A DNA stretch of 60,530 nt, the filler included, from Basidioascus undulatus (taxonomy: Eukaryota): the NCBI GenBank assembly GCA_000826855.1. It is 5 parts of 5 records of this genome, joined end to end, with 100 filler letters (N's around TTAATTAATTAA, not from the genome) between each part and the next. Parts side by side here need not be neighbours in the genome. Positions count along the whole stretch, not along the records: positions 1 to 7,912 come from JTLS01001467.1; positions 8,013 to 15,921 come from JTLS01001468.1; 3 more parts are not named here. One strand, written 5' to 3'. This document shows, in pieces, positions 1-11,084 of this stretch. Both the position numbers and the translations under genes were made by a program. Below the pieces are notes generated by a model that saw only the letters and a list, made by a program, of their open reading frames with translations, searched no databases and had not been told where the DNA came from. Positions within the stretch are counted from its first letter, which is position 1. Each line of letters opens with the position of its first letter.

Positions 1-191
1 TGGTGGTGGCTGTTAATTCGAAGGTGAGTGGTGAAGGGGAGAGGGTGAGCGGGTCCGGGGAATTGGAGTGCCCTGCGGCGGCGGAGGCTGTCGCGGCTTT
101 CGCGTCCAGGCGGTGGCAGTAGCGTTCTGGGAGGGAGATGGGGCGTTCTTGAGCTGACGGAGAAGGGGAAGACGGAGAGAGAGTGACTCAC

Positions 192-840
192 GAAAGTCGT
201 CGACGGCCCTGCGCACCTTCTGGCGGTCCCACTCGCCGCTCCCGTCGTTCTTGAGCCAGCCCGCCTCTGACTCGATGTTGCTGGCCGGCCTCCTCCAGAA
301 CGGGCGGGGCACGCCCATGAGGATGTCGCGCTCCATGACGTGCTCCTCGCTGCCGTCCTTCTTGGTGCTGAGCGCGTGCGTCCCGTCGGGCAGGACGCGG
401 ATGCGCCCCTTCTGCCGCAGCCCGCACAGGTTGAAGTGCGTCACGGTCAGGGGCGAGATGCGGAGGATCGTCGGCTGCGAGGAGGACGAGGCCCCGTCCC
501 CGCCGCCGCCCGCAGCGCTCGCGTCCGCTGCCCCCGAGCTCGCCTTGTCTGCCCCACCGTGCTCGGCGGCGGCTGCCGCGAGCACGGGGAACTCGGCGGC
601 GAAGCTGGACTCCGAGGCGTTGTTCAGCGCTGCTGCGGCGGCGGCGACGCTCTCGAGCTGGGCGGGGTCGGGCCGCTGGTGGTGGCCCCCGTGCTGGTGG
701 GCATGGTGGGCATGGTGGGCATGGTGCATGTCGTCCTCGGACTCGTCGTCATCGTCATCGTCATCGACATCGTGCTCGAGGTGCGCGGGCAAGAGACTCG
801 GGTCGAGCCCCGCAGGCAAGCCGTTCATCGTAATCTTCAT
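192..840 (-). CDS. Hypothetical protein exon with acidic and His-rich N-terminal tracts; gene continues past the contig end
   Basis: GC3-rich ORF with DDDDDDDESEDD and HHAHHAHHAHQHGGHHQ, then a globular-looking segment (LRISPLTVTHFNLCGLRQKGRIRV...WDRQKVRRAVDDF). A GTGAGT donor begins at 191. Confidence 0.6.
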
Positions 841-3668
841 TTGCGCATGCGGTGAGGAGATCGACGCGACGCGGACGCGTTTCGATGGGGACCGCGAGAG
901 TTGGATGTGAACGCGAGCGGATTCACGAAAGCGGGAGGAGGTTGAGAGTGCGATTCAGGGAAGCCAGCGGTCTTTGCCAGCTTTCCATTGCGGAGATCGA
1001 GAATTCATTGCAGACCGACGGGTCTCCGCTGAGCTTTGCGGTGCCTTTCATTGCGCTGTCTACCTTCCTAGAATATAATAAACTAAGCCCTTCAGTTCTT
1101 AGAAGCTCAGTGAGAGTGTGTGGGTTGGGAATAAGTCACAATCATTTCGGCCTTACCGTACCGGCAGGCTCACCTGCGCCTGGTGCGGAGGCCCACTCGA
1201 ACAATTACACGAAAAACTTTAAGCCATCTGAATACGAAACACCGCAAAAAAGGGGGGGAAGCAGTCAAGCAACCGACAATGCCAAGTAGGCTTCAAAGGC
1301 AGCGCCGCCTCCGAGTCGACCTTGACACCGCCAGACGTGTCACAGTTCCGAATGCTACCCGACCTTGAGAGTGTGTCGTCTCCTCTCCATTCTGAAAGTT
1401 CGTATCATAACAGGACCAGAATATATGCCATGATGCGCTTGTGTCGTTGCAATCAAAAGTCCATGACAAGCAGCAAACTTCTAAGGTCTGCTGCTTACCC
1501 GAGCCTGCAAAGTGTACATCGGCAGACGCCATCCTTTTCCGTGATATGAATTCCACGGTAGGGGTTTTGCAAGGCTCTGTAAACACATATGGGTGGTGCT
1601 TGCAAACAAACACACACCGGGTAGAAGTCAACAACGGATGTGCGTAGGTGTAGAGCGCCCAGTTGACCTTTTGACTGATTCACAAAAGACAGCCCCCACT
1701 TTTGACGAGCCTTTCAGAGGAATGTGCAGGAAGCAGTAAGTAAGGGAAGGGTTTTGGGAGCGACCGGGTGTGAACTGGGTCGGAGGCTTTCGAGAAGACC
1801 GAAAGGAAGACAGAGGACTTGCATGAAATGTCTGCCTCATTTTCTCTATGTACTATAAAAGCGTGCCAGAAATGTCCGAAACTGTTATGGCTGTGTCTGT
1901 TTCTGTCTCTGGGAACCCACGTTAGGTAGCCCATCCGCACCACAAAACAGCGAGGCCTCTGCAGATGATTGTAGTCGCTAAGCTTGCCGTCATGCCACAC
2001 GATTGGTTCTCTCATCTCCCACAGTCAAGCTCTCACTTTCTGATTCCTCGAGACCACTGAGGTCTTTGACAGATCTATGCATCTCAGTGGCCTGGCATCA
2101 GCAGGCAAAGTACTGGCTATTCAATTGCGAGCGCAGTACCAACTAGGTACCGGTATCTGGCTGCGCGCTGCTGGCACTTGAAAGGCTGTTCCCCTTTTTT
2201 GACGGAGTACCCTTTTAATAATTCGAGGCAAGGAGAACCTGAAATTCAAGATCATGAGGGATACGACTGTACTTGCTTGCATCGGCTTGCGAGACGAGTC
2301 CCAGACCCAGGTCGCGCCGCACAGCCCGACGTGTCTTCCTTACGTCTTCCTCCGTTGTTTTCGTTCGCTCATCGACTCTGGCTGTACATCCTTCGGCTTG
2401 GCATCGTTTCGTTTGTAGATGCTGAACTTCTATGGTTGTCGAACAGCACTCTTTTGGAGCAGAGGTTCTGTAGAACAATGCCATTCACCTCTCTGACCCT
2501 GTAGCTACGGCTCACGGAACGCAGCGCATACCAATGACAGCTCACGCGTTCTTCGATTGCGCTTCTTCATAAAATAGCTCCCGCTGATTTTCTGACCTGC
2601 GAACTAAATCTAAGAGCGGGAGGATGCGAAGCGAGCCAGCCGCCGCCAGCTCCGCCTCGCCTTCAACTCGCCTCTCGCTGACTCTTTTTCACTCGCCTTT
2701 TCGCCCTTGCTCGTCGATCGCCAACCTCGAACGCTCATTCCGCCAAGCGATCCCGTCTCGGCGCCCAAGCGCGAGTCCATCCTCGGCCTGCACCAGCGCC
2801 AGATGCAGTGACCCGTCCCTCTCCCTCGTACAGGATCAAGGCGGTCAAACCTGAGCCGCTGCCCAATCGCCTGGCCGACGCCGTCCCGAATCTGCTACTG
2901 AGCACACCCCTCTGTTGTTCCCACAACATCTCTTTCTATCCTTACTTTCGCTTCTTCTCATGTCCTCACGGCTGCATCGACACGTTCCTTATACTGCTAC
3001 ACACTTCCTGCACTTCCCCATACCTCCGCATCGCACATCTATCGTCCCACTCCCTGTCGCTCGTCATTGGGTTCTTTTCACCATCCAGTGCATTTTCGTA
3101 TACCTTCACACCCCGTATTTATTGTCTAACTCACGTACTTTTCGCTCATTGGCACCTTTGTTTTCACCATCCGTAGTCATTTGGCCTTGCGCGCTGCGTA
3201 CGGTTCTGACTTGCGCTCTGAAGCGCCGTGCGCCTTGAACACGGCTTCGACTGTATCGCATTTCTTGAAGATTTAATATGTTTGTTCCTGTTATTTTCTG
3301 GACGCCACGATATTGCAACCGTGGCAGCACGTTACGTTACCGACGCTGTGGACAATCCCAGAAAAGCGCGGCGCAACCGGATACTTCATTCGCTTCGCAA
3401 GTATGGCTTGATGACCAGTATTTTTTGGTAGAAAAGAACCACCAGAAACTCTCTCAGAGTCTATATTTCCTGGAACTTATACTTTACCATCCGGGAGCGG
3501 CCGCGGAGAGCTGGGGTGAGCGGAGCGTTTGAGGTCTCCGAGTCCTGGCGCGCCGCGACAGACACTAGCGTGCACACAGTTTTTCCTACCGTGCTTCTGT
3601 AGTTTCTGCAAAATATCATCCTAATGCTTCAGAACGGAGACGCTGGGTTCGTGAAGGAAAGGTACAGT

Positions 3669-4424
3669 ATGATGCCACTCAAAACGCGTCGGACGGCGAT
3701 CGCGATATCACTTCAAGACGTTCGCTTTTTGCAGAGCCGCCGCGTCTACTCTCACCCTCGGAACGACACCACCATCAGGAAGCGGTTCCACCTTCCTCTC
3801 GATTCAAACACCCCCAAATATGTTGAGCAGGCTTGGGGTGGTTGAGGTAACATGGCGATGCTGACGTTCCGGGTATCGTGCAGTCCGCCCCCACCGCTCC
3901 TCCTTCCTCCTGGACCACGGGCTCCGAGCCCATGACCGACAAGCAGGGGACCTTCCTCCACGCACTCGCCGAGCGCAAAGACGTCGTGGTTGGCTTGGAG
4001 GAGAGCAACGCCACCAAGTCGAAGGCTAGCGAGCGGATCGAGGAGCTCAAGCAGTACAAGGATGGGCCGGACGCTGGGACTGGGGAGCAGGTGAGTTTCT
4101 CAAAGTGTAGGGCGGCTGGATAACACGCTGAGGTATTTCTTTGGTCAGGCGCAGCCCACTGCGGATAATGGGAGCTCGTACCTCGAGAAGCCTCAGCAGT
4201 GGGCGACGGGCTCGGAGCCGGCTACCGACAAGCAGCAGGTGAGCCTGCTGCCACCCTCCCACGGGGACTCACCTTTTTGTAGAGAAGAGAAGACGCTAAG
4301 TAAACCTCCCTTCATGCAGTCTTTCATTGCGGTGCCCCACAAGCGCCACGGGGGCTCGGGACAGGTGCCGGAAGGGTTGAGAAAGGCCGAGGCGAGCCAG
4401 AAGATTGAGGAGCTGAAAGAGTAG
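3669..4424 (+). CDS. Protein with two DUF3072-like repeats; first splice donor appears defective
   Basis: Spliced repeats SWTTGSEPMTDKQGTFLHAL...TKSKASERIEELK and QWATGSEPATDKQQSFIAV...KAEASQKIEELKE match the DUF3072 pattern W-T-T-G-D-E-P-M-T...KAEAS-RI-EL. GT-AG introns at about 4091-4148 and 4239-4319. Confidence 0.7.
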
Positions 4425-4840
4425 GACTGGGCGCACGAAAGAAACATGCATGATACCCACTTAGTATATCTCCTCTGAACTGTGTAGCCTGCTTGCGTGT
4501 CAATGGTGCTTGAAAGGAGCGCGCGTTCGCTGTAGACATGAACAGCGCGCTCAGTAACGTGGCATTTAGGCAGATCCTGAAAGTGGATGCCCTTTGTCAG
4601 TTAAGTAGCTACGTCGAGCTTTTTGAGCTGTGCGAGTAACAGTGTGTTGATCTCTGGGAGCTGCCAGGGTTCAAGTGGACTGGCACCTAGGAGACACCAA
4701 ACCCCGCAAATGTTCATCCAGCACATCGGTTGTGCAGGGCCCTAGTCGATCAAGCACGTAGCCCGCTTTCCGACCTTGACCGTCGAGCATAGGCTCGCCC
4801 TCGTCCAGCAACAGCCCGACTTCAAAGCATACACCGTAAT

Positions 4841-6310
4841 CTATGACCGACCCTTCTCCTCTACCTCCACTGCAGCATGCATCTGAGACTCGAAATACGT
4901 TGGCGGGAGGTCCAGCACGGGCGAGGGCAGCGAGTCGGCGTCCATCCCGCTGTTCCCGCGCAAGCCAGAAATGAGAGTGAGAGGAATCTCTAACTGAGGT
5001 CGTTCCCAATCCTTTTGAACGGAACAGTCAGGACGAGGAAGTCTGTGGGTTTGAAAAAGCAGAGAAGGTCGACCGGTGAGCGGGAGGGCCAGGGCGATGA
5101 TGTGGACTGGACGCACCTGCACCGAAAGGTATTCGCCGAACGAGAAACTAGGTGCACCGGATTTGCGCAGCGCTCGTAAACGTCACCTCCTCTTTCCACC
5201 GGCCCTTCCCCTTGTCCTTCTCGTCATTCCTCTCAGGCACCCAAACCCTCTGCCCGCGCTCGACGCGCACGCCTCGCCCCCAATCGGCAGGTGCGGCCGA
5301 GCCGCGCTCAGGCTCCCCAAACCCAGCGAGAAGCGTCAAGTACTGCTCAACGGCGGTGTTCGGTCGCGCGCGGAGACTTGCGTGCGCTGGACGAGCGCGA
5401 GGCCGACGTCGTAGGGGTGCGCGGGACAGTAGCGGGAAGATTTCGGCTGAGGAGAGGGGTGAGGTCATTGCGGACGGGGAGTCGAGCGGCTTGCTGCTTG
5501 TGGAGATCTGGATGTGTAGGGGGATGGGCGCGGCGAGAGGGAAGCGCGCGGTCGAGATGTCGGTATGAAGAGCTGCGAGAAGACGCCGCGCGGAGGAGCG
5601 AAAGAGCGTCAGCTGTCGCGGCAGATCGCGGAGCGGCCGACCAGAGACGACCGCGGATACTTGCATCTGCTTGAACATGCCCATAACCGCCCCACAGCCC
5701 TCTTCGAATTCCTGCACGACGCGCCGCCAATTACCGACCCACTCCGGCAAGCTCGCGCGCAAACCGTGGCCGGCCATATCACGGGGTACGAGCGCGAGCG
5801 GTGCTTCCACGCGCAGATTGCGCTTGAGAAACCCCGACCGGATGCCCGTCGCCTCGAGCGCGTAACGGACCTCCGCCGCGCGGTCGGGCCCGTCGGAGAG
5901 CGCGAATATCGGGGGCAGCCCCGCTGGCGGGGCGGGAATGATGAAGGTGAAGGGGAGCGCGAGGATGTGCTCGCCGGGCGGCGGGAAGTGCGTCCCGCGC
6001 TGCCAGACGGTTATGGGCGGGGGACTCGATGAGCGTGATCGTCTCGTAGATAATTAGTGCTGCTGCGGTCTTTGCCAGATCCCGAGGAGCGAGTGATTTT
6101 GCTGGAGAGATTGGAAGATTCAGCAACCCCTTCCACGAACATATGTGCAAGCATTAGTCGTACTCACGTCTCGAGCTTCCGTGCCAGCTTCACGTTGACC
6201 TCTTTGAGGCTACTCGAATGAGCGTGCTCGAGGTGGAGCACGATCGAGCCCGCGAGCGTGTCCCCCGGCGTGAGGATATCACGCGAATGCTGCAGAATGC
6301 TGCAGAATGA
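4841..6310 (-). pseudogene. Arrestin N-domain-like gene with multiple frameshifts
   Basis: Motifs PGDTLAGSIVLHL...LKEVNVKL, VWQRGTHFPPPGEHILALPFTF, VRYALEATG, IRRGLWGGYGHV and KGRWKEEVTF lie in different frames with no introns between them (shifts near 6020, 5712, 5400-5430 and 5150). Confidence 0.65.
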
Positions 6311-6936
6311 AAGGCTGCGAGGGGTCTGAGCTGTGATTGAGTCGAGACGCAGTACATCAGGTAGAGCTTGTGAGCGAGATGAGATGGAGATATGCAAGAG
6401 AGTGGTGAAGGACGTGAAGCAAGAGCGTCGACTCGCCCCCGAGCTCTGATGTCAACAGTGAGGGCAGTTGTGGCTGTACGGATGCCACCGCCTCCCCATA
6501 ATTGTGGGAGAGACCCGAATGCTCGTTCGAAAATTGTCGCTGAGTCGAAAGAGAATGCTTGAAAAACGAAACATGGACTTCAATCGACATCATTCAAAGA
6601 GGGATGATCGACGCAGTAGTGCTAGTGTACGCTGTCTGCACCCTTTCGCGAAAGGTCAGCCTCGGATGGCACCAGAGAGCCATAGCGAATCAGCAGCCGC
6701 CTCACATAGTATGATCCCAGGGAATACTTAGAGGATCGCTCAAGTAATTGCGAGAAGTACGGATGCAGGGCTTCCAGTCGCCTGCTACAGTGCAGCCCTG
6801 TTTCACAGCGCAGCGGCCTACCAAGTGGCACACCACAACTTCCCCAAGCGCTGGCACCCGAGCAGTACAAACAAGTACAAAACAAGAACATCGACTGCCT
6901 ACATTTTCAATATTGGTTTGTCCATGTCCCGCTCCC

Positions 6937-7810
6937 TCAAGCGCCCACCAACCCCCTCACGTCCCTCTCCCTCTCCAAGCCCCACGCCCTCCTCAAAAAC
7001 GCGTCCATCCTCAGCCCGTCCCACCCTCCTCCGCCCCACTCCGCCAATCTCCTGAATTTGACCTCAATTTCCTCCCTCCCCAGCGTATTCCCCGGGTCCC
7101 CCTTCGGCTCCTCCACGCGCTCCTCCAGCACGCGCCCATCCACCGTCTGCACCTCCACGCGGCCGACCCACCTCCCCGGATGGAGCGCCTCGATCTCCGG
7201 GTCGAGGACCATCTCGACCTTGCTCTGGAACTCGCGCACCGCCGGGTCGGAGAGGGACGACTCCGTGAAGTCCCTTAGGAATGCGGAGCCCCGCGTCGCG
7301 GCGATCCCCAGGACGAAGCCCATGGAGAACTTGGACTCGTGCACTGTGCGAGCGGCTGCGGCAGGCCCGAGCACATCCAGCGCCGCGGCGTAGGTGTGCG
7401 CGCGCACGCGCACGATGGAGGACGCGGAGAGGGAGTGCCGTGCCATGAGCGACAGGAGCGCGTCCGCGGAGGGGTGCGTGTGGCGGCAGGAGGCGTGGTA
7501 CTGTGTGGCCCGCGTTCTTCGATCAATCTCCTGCGAGCAATGCAGAGTAAAGCAGACCCCTAAAACGCACCTTGAAGCTCGTCTCCACGACTTTCCACGC
7601 CACCCCCATCTCCCGCTCCAGCGCCTCCGGCACCTCCGCCCCGAACGCCATGCCCGCGCCCATGCCGCGCGAGCCCTGGAGGATGTCCCGCGCGCCGAGG
7701 AGGCCATCGCGCGCGGTGTACGCGGAGAGGAGCCCTGCCGCCGAGGCGTGCGACGTGTGGATCTGCTTCGAGTGCGCTGCGTCGGAGAGGAACTGCCAGA
7801 GGCCGGCGGT
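6937..7810 (-). CDS. MmgE/PrpD family protein (2-methylcitrate dehydratase / cis-aconitate decarboxylase-like), 5' part lost at contig end
   Basis: AGLWQFLSDAAHSKQIHTSHA...ETSFK / YHASCRHTHPSADAL...SKFSMGFVLG...EEPKGDPGNTL. One intron at about 7502-7571. Confidence 0.85.
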
Positions 7811-7912
7811 CTGTTATGCGGGGGTTAGTGGGGAATGAGAAGGAGGAAGAGATGGAAGAAAGGAGGGAGAGAGGGAGAGGGTGAGTAGGGGGGGGGAGGG
7901 AGGGGAGAAGGA

Positions 7913-8012
7913 NNNNNNNNNNNNNNNNNNNNNNNNNNNNNNNNNNNNNNNNNNNNTTAATTAATTAANNNNNNNNNNNNNNNNNNNNNNNNNNNNNNNN
8001 NNNNNNNNNNNN
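7913..8012. other. Artificial contig spacer
   Basis: N44-TTAATTAATTAA-N44; stops in all six frames. Confidence 0.99.
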
Positions 8013-8660
8013 CGCCGCACCCATCCCCCGCGACCTCGACCACCCCTCCCCCGACCTCCGTCCCCTCCTCCTCGTCCTCCGCGCTCCCTGCCTCCTCCAC
8101 CCCCGTCTCCCCGAGCGCCGCGCTCTCCCTCATCCGCTCCCAGCCGTCGCACTACGTCCTCGGCCAGATCCACCAGCGGACGTACCTCCTCACGCCGGGC
8201 GACCTCCTCACCATCCCGCGCATGCGCCCCGCCCTCCCCGTTGGCACCATCCTCGGCCTGCACCAGATCAAGGAGCTCGGCAGCCGCGACTGGACGCTGC
8301 GCGGCGCGCCGTGGGTCCAGGGTGTGAATGTCCCGCTGACGGTGGTTGAGCACACGCGGGGTTCGATGGAGAAGCTGTGAGTGCTCTTTCTCCTCTGCTT
8401 GGATCCATACCTCCCCCGCCTTCCACTTTCATTTCCGCGCTACTCCGTGTGACGACTGTGCAACTCCCCGCACGTCATGGGATATTGACGTCTTAGTCAT
8501 TTGCGAACGCAGGGTCAAGTTCAAGCGCCGCAAGGGTTACAAGAAGACGATCCCCAACAAGCAGGGCTACACCCGTCTGCGCGTCGGCCAGTTCGAATGG
8601 TCCGCTGAGTCGGAGGCCGCGTCTATGTCCGTGTCTCCCGCGGCGGCGACTCCGGCATGA
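8013..8660 (+). CDS. MRPL49: Mitochondrial ribosomal protein bL21m, 5' truncated
   Basis: YVLGQIHQRTYLLTPGDLLTIPRM...LHQIKELGSRDWTLRGAPW...TVVEHTRG / KFKRRKGYKKTIPNKQGYTRLRVG. Intron at about 8377-8512. Confidence 0.9.
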
Positions 8661-9649
8661 TCAGGTTGGTGGGAGGATGAGCTAGAGAAGCTGAGCACAT
8701 GCATCCTTTGGCGTGATCATAGCTGTTGTCTTGAGTGCGGGGGTGCATCTTGTAGTCTGTCCACCGAAGCCACGCGCAACGCCTCGAGAAACGCCCTGTC
8801 AAACCGAGCTCAGCTTCGCACCACGGCAGGCAGCTCAGCTGGGCATCTGCCTGATGTTCCATGCATTTCGGCCTCGAGTCAAACCAACGGACGGAAACTA
8901 CTGGAACTGATCCTTGTACACCACCCACGCACACTGGTGCACATTCAACAGCAGCCGGATCGCCGATGCGCTCTAGAACTTCGCGCCCCCTCCCTCGTCT
9001 CGCTGTCCCCTCATACCTAAGTTGCATCCCGCATGGCCTTCAAGTGCATTTGTGTTAGCGGTCTCACAACTACTGTACTCCGACGTGAGCTCGGCATACA
9101 TCCGGCGGGCAAGCTCGACTGCTCCTGACACTTCAGCCTTGCTCGCCTCGTGCCATCATGCTCATTCTGGCCATGGTGAATCGCCTTCCGTAATACTGAG
9201 GTGTCCTGACGCCCCGAAACGGGAAGGAAAATGTACGCGATACAAGATAAAGCTGTTCACGCTCTATCAGAGCTCTGTCGTCTGTAAGGTGCCCAGGCAA
9301 AGCAGGAGTACTTCTTGGGGCGTTGCGGCGCGTCGTTGAGCACAGTGCAGCCTCAGAGTTTCCCATGAACCTCGTTGTCTTTCCTTAACCCCAGAGTGGT
9401 AAATATCGTATCTACCGAAATTTTGATTTTGTGTACACTATTTTGCTCGAAAAGCGGACGGCCTCGGTCTCAGTTCCAGCTCCGCCTTGGCACATTCCAA
9501 TCCGCATATCTGCACCCGCACCCGACCCGTCCGCTCGCCACTTTCTCTCTCTTCCCCCTCCTCGCTCGTCTCCCCTTCCCGTCTTCCCCACCTCATCTAC
9601 CCACTTTCTCCCCATCTGCCCCCGTTCACATCTCCAGCTCTACAGAGCT

Positions 9650-10860
9650 GCTCTAACGATCACTCCCTACGGAGCCAACCTTCCGCAGACTCGCCTCTCC
9701 TTAGGCTCCGCGACCCATGCAAGGTCGCCTGAGGGCTTCCTCAAGACGCTCAGAGGAGCTTTGCAAATTATCTGGTCTACAGGGAGGCCTTCGCTTACTC
9801 TCCGCATGCCCGTGTGTTCTCCGGATCACACGAGCTGCTGTCCTCAGCTGTCCTCCCTCACAGCGCATCGCACTGTGACACGGGCTAAAGCTCTGACTGG
9901 GTTACCGCCAACTATTTCCGACGATAAGTTACGCTGAAACTATAATTCTAGCAACTTCAAGCCAGCGAGACACCCTTCGACTCGCTGCCCCGCTCGTTGC
10001 CTCTTGGGTGCATCTCACCGGCCGTGTCCATCTTTCAGACTCATCAGCGCGCTCACCTAGCGCTTCCTCAAGCTCTCTCACGACCCCTTCCCTAGGTTAA
10101 GAAGTTATCTGGTGCTGGAAGACATTGGCCCACATCTCGTCTTCGATCGTCAACGGCCGCGGCATGATCTGCCACGGAGCGGACTCGAGCCACTCCGCTG
10201 TCGACACCTCCTGACCTCATTCACAAGCCAGCCGAAGCCGGAGCCTAGGTTGAATCCACATAAGAGAACTTAAGGCGCCGCGATGGTCTTTCCAGGCTGA
10301 TTACCTGTGGACGAGTCTGGATCAGATGACGACCACAACCTTTTCTCCCGAACTCGTGTGGAGCGCCTGTCGCGGCTTTCTTCACCCGTACAGCTACTGT
10401 GGTTCGTTCTTCGCTTCTTACCCTCTTAATCACATTTGTGTTCAACCTTATCACTTCTCTGCGCATGTTATCTCGCTTCTGACCGAGGCGAGTCTCGACG
10501 TCGATGCCTCGCGTCTCTCGGACGCTTGGACTTGCTCGGACTCTTCTCTCGGTTGCCAGACACGAACATGATCTCCTCCTCGTTTCGGCCCTCCCTTGGC
10601 TCTCCCCCCTTAGTCTCGTTTCGATCGACCGCCTCAAAGAGCACTGACCTGCCCGCGACAGACCTGACAGACAACTACGCTCTACCCTCGTTGATCCTCG
10701 CGCTGCTGGATTGCTGCTGGATGCCCTCCGCGTGTTGCCAAGCTACGCAATCTCGAATCGCTCGACTCGATCGCGCAGTTGGCTGCAAGGTCTCGGCTTT
10801 CGAGACTGTGGGAGTGCTCCTGCAAAATTTTCATGTCGTGTTGTTTACACGCTTGTAATT
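9650..10860 (+). mobile_element. Possible heavily decayed non-LTR retrotransposon 3' remnant
   Basis: Broken-frame peptides PEGFLKTLRGALQIIWSTGRPSL and PVQLLWFVLRFLPS...CAC...GESRRRCL loosely resemble the post-RT and zf-RVT segments of L1-like ORF2. No RT core motif is visible. Confidence 0.2.
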
Positions 10861-11084
10861 CGCCGAGGCCTCATCGGCACCAGTGCGAAGGCTCCATGCT
10901 CCCGCCGGCACGACAGGCATGACGACAACACCTGCATGGCCATCACGTGCCATGCCTGTCGAACGAACTCCTCCCAATTTGGGGCCTCTTCGATCTTTGA
11001 TCCGCTGTCACTCGCCTTCCCCTCATCTTCCATTTCCCCTCTCTCCGCTCTCCCCTGCATCGCCCTTCAGGCGTAAAGACCGTC

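Noticed and set aside
2735..2812. PKRESILGL resembling the Lsm7 N-terminus
   Set aside because: The match is only about 8 residues, there is no ATG, and no Sm-fold exons follow.
7957..7968. TTAATTAATTAA as a piggyBac TTAA target site or biological repeat
   Set aside because: It is identical, centred in 100-nt N blocks four times, and is a standard six-frame-stop linker.
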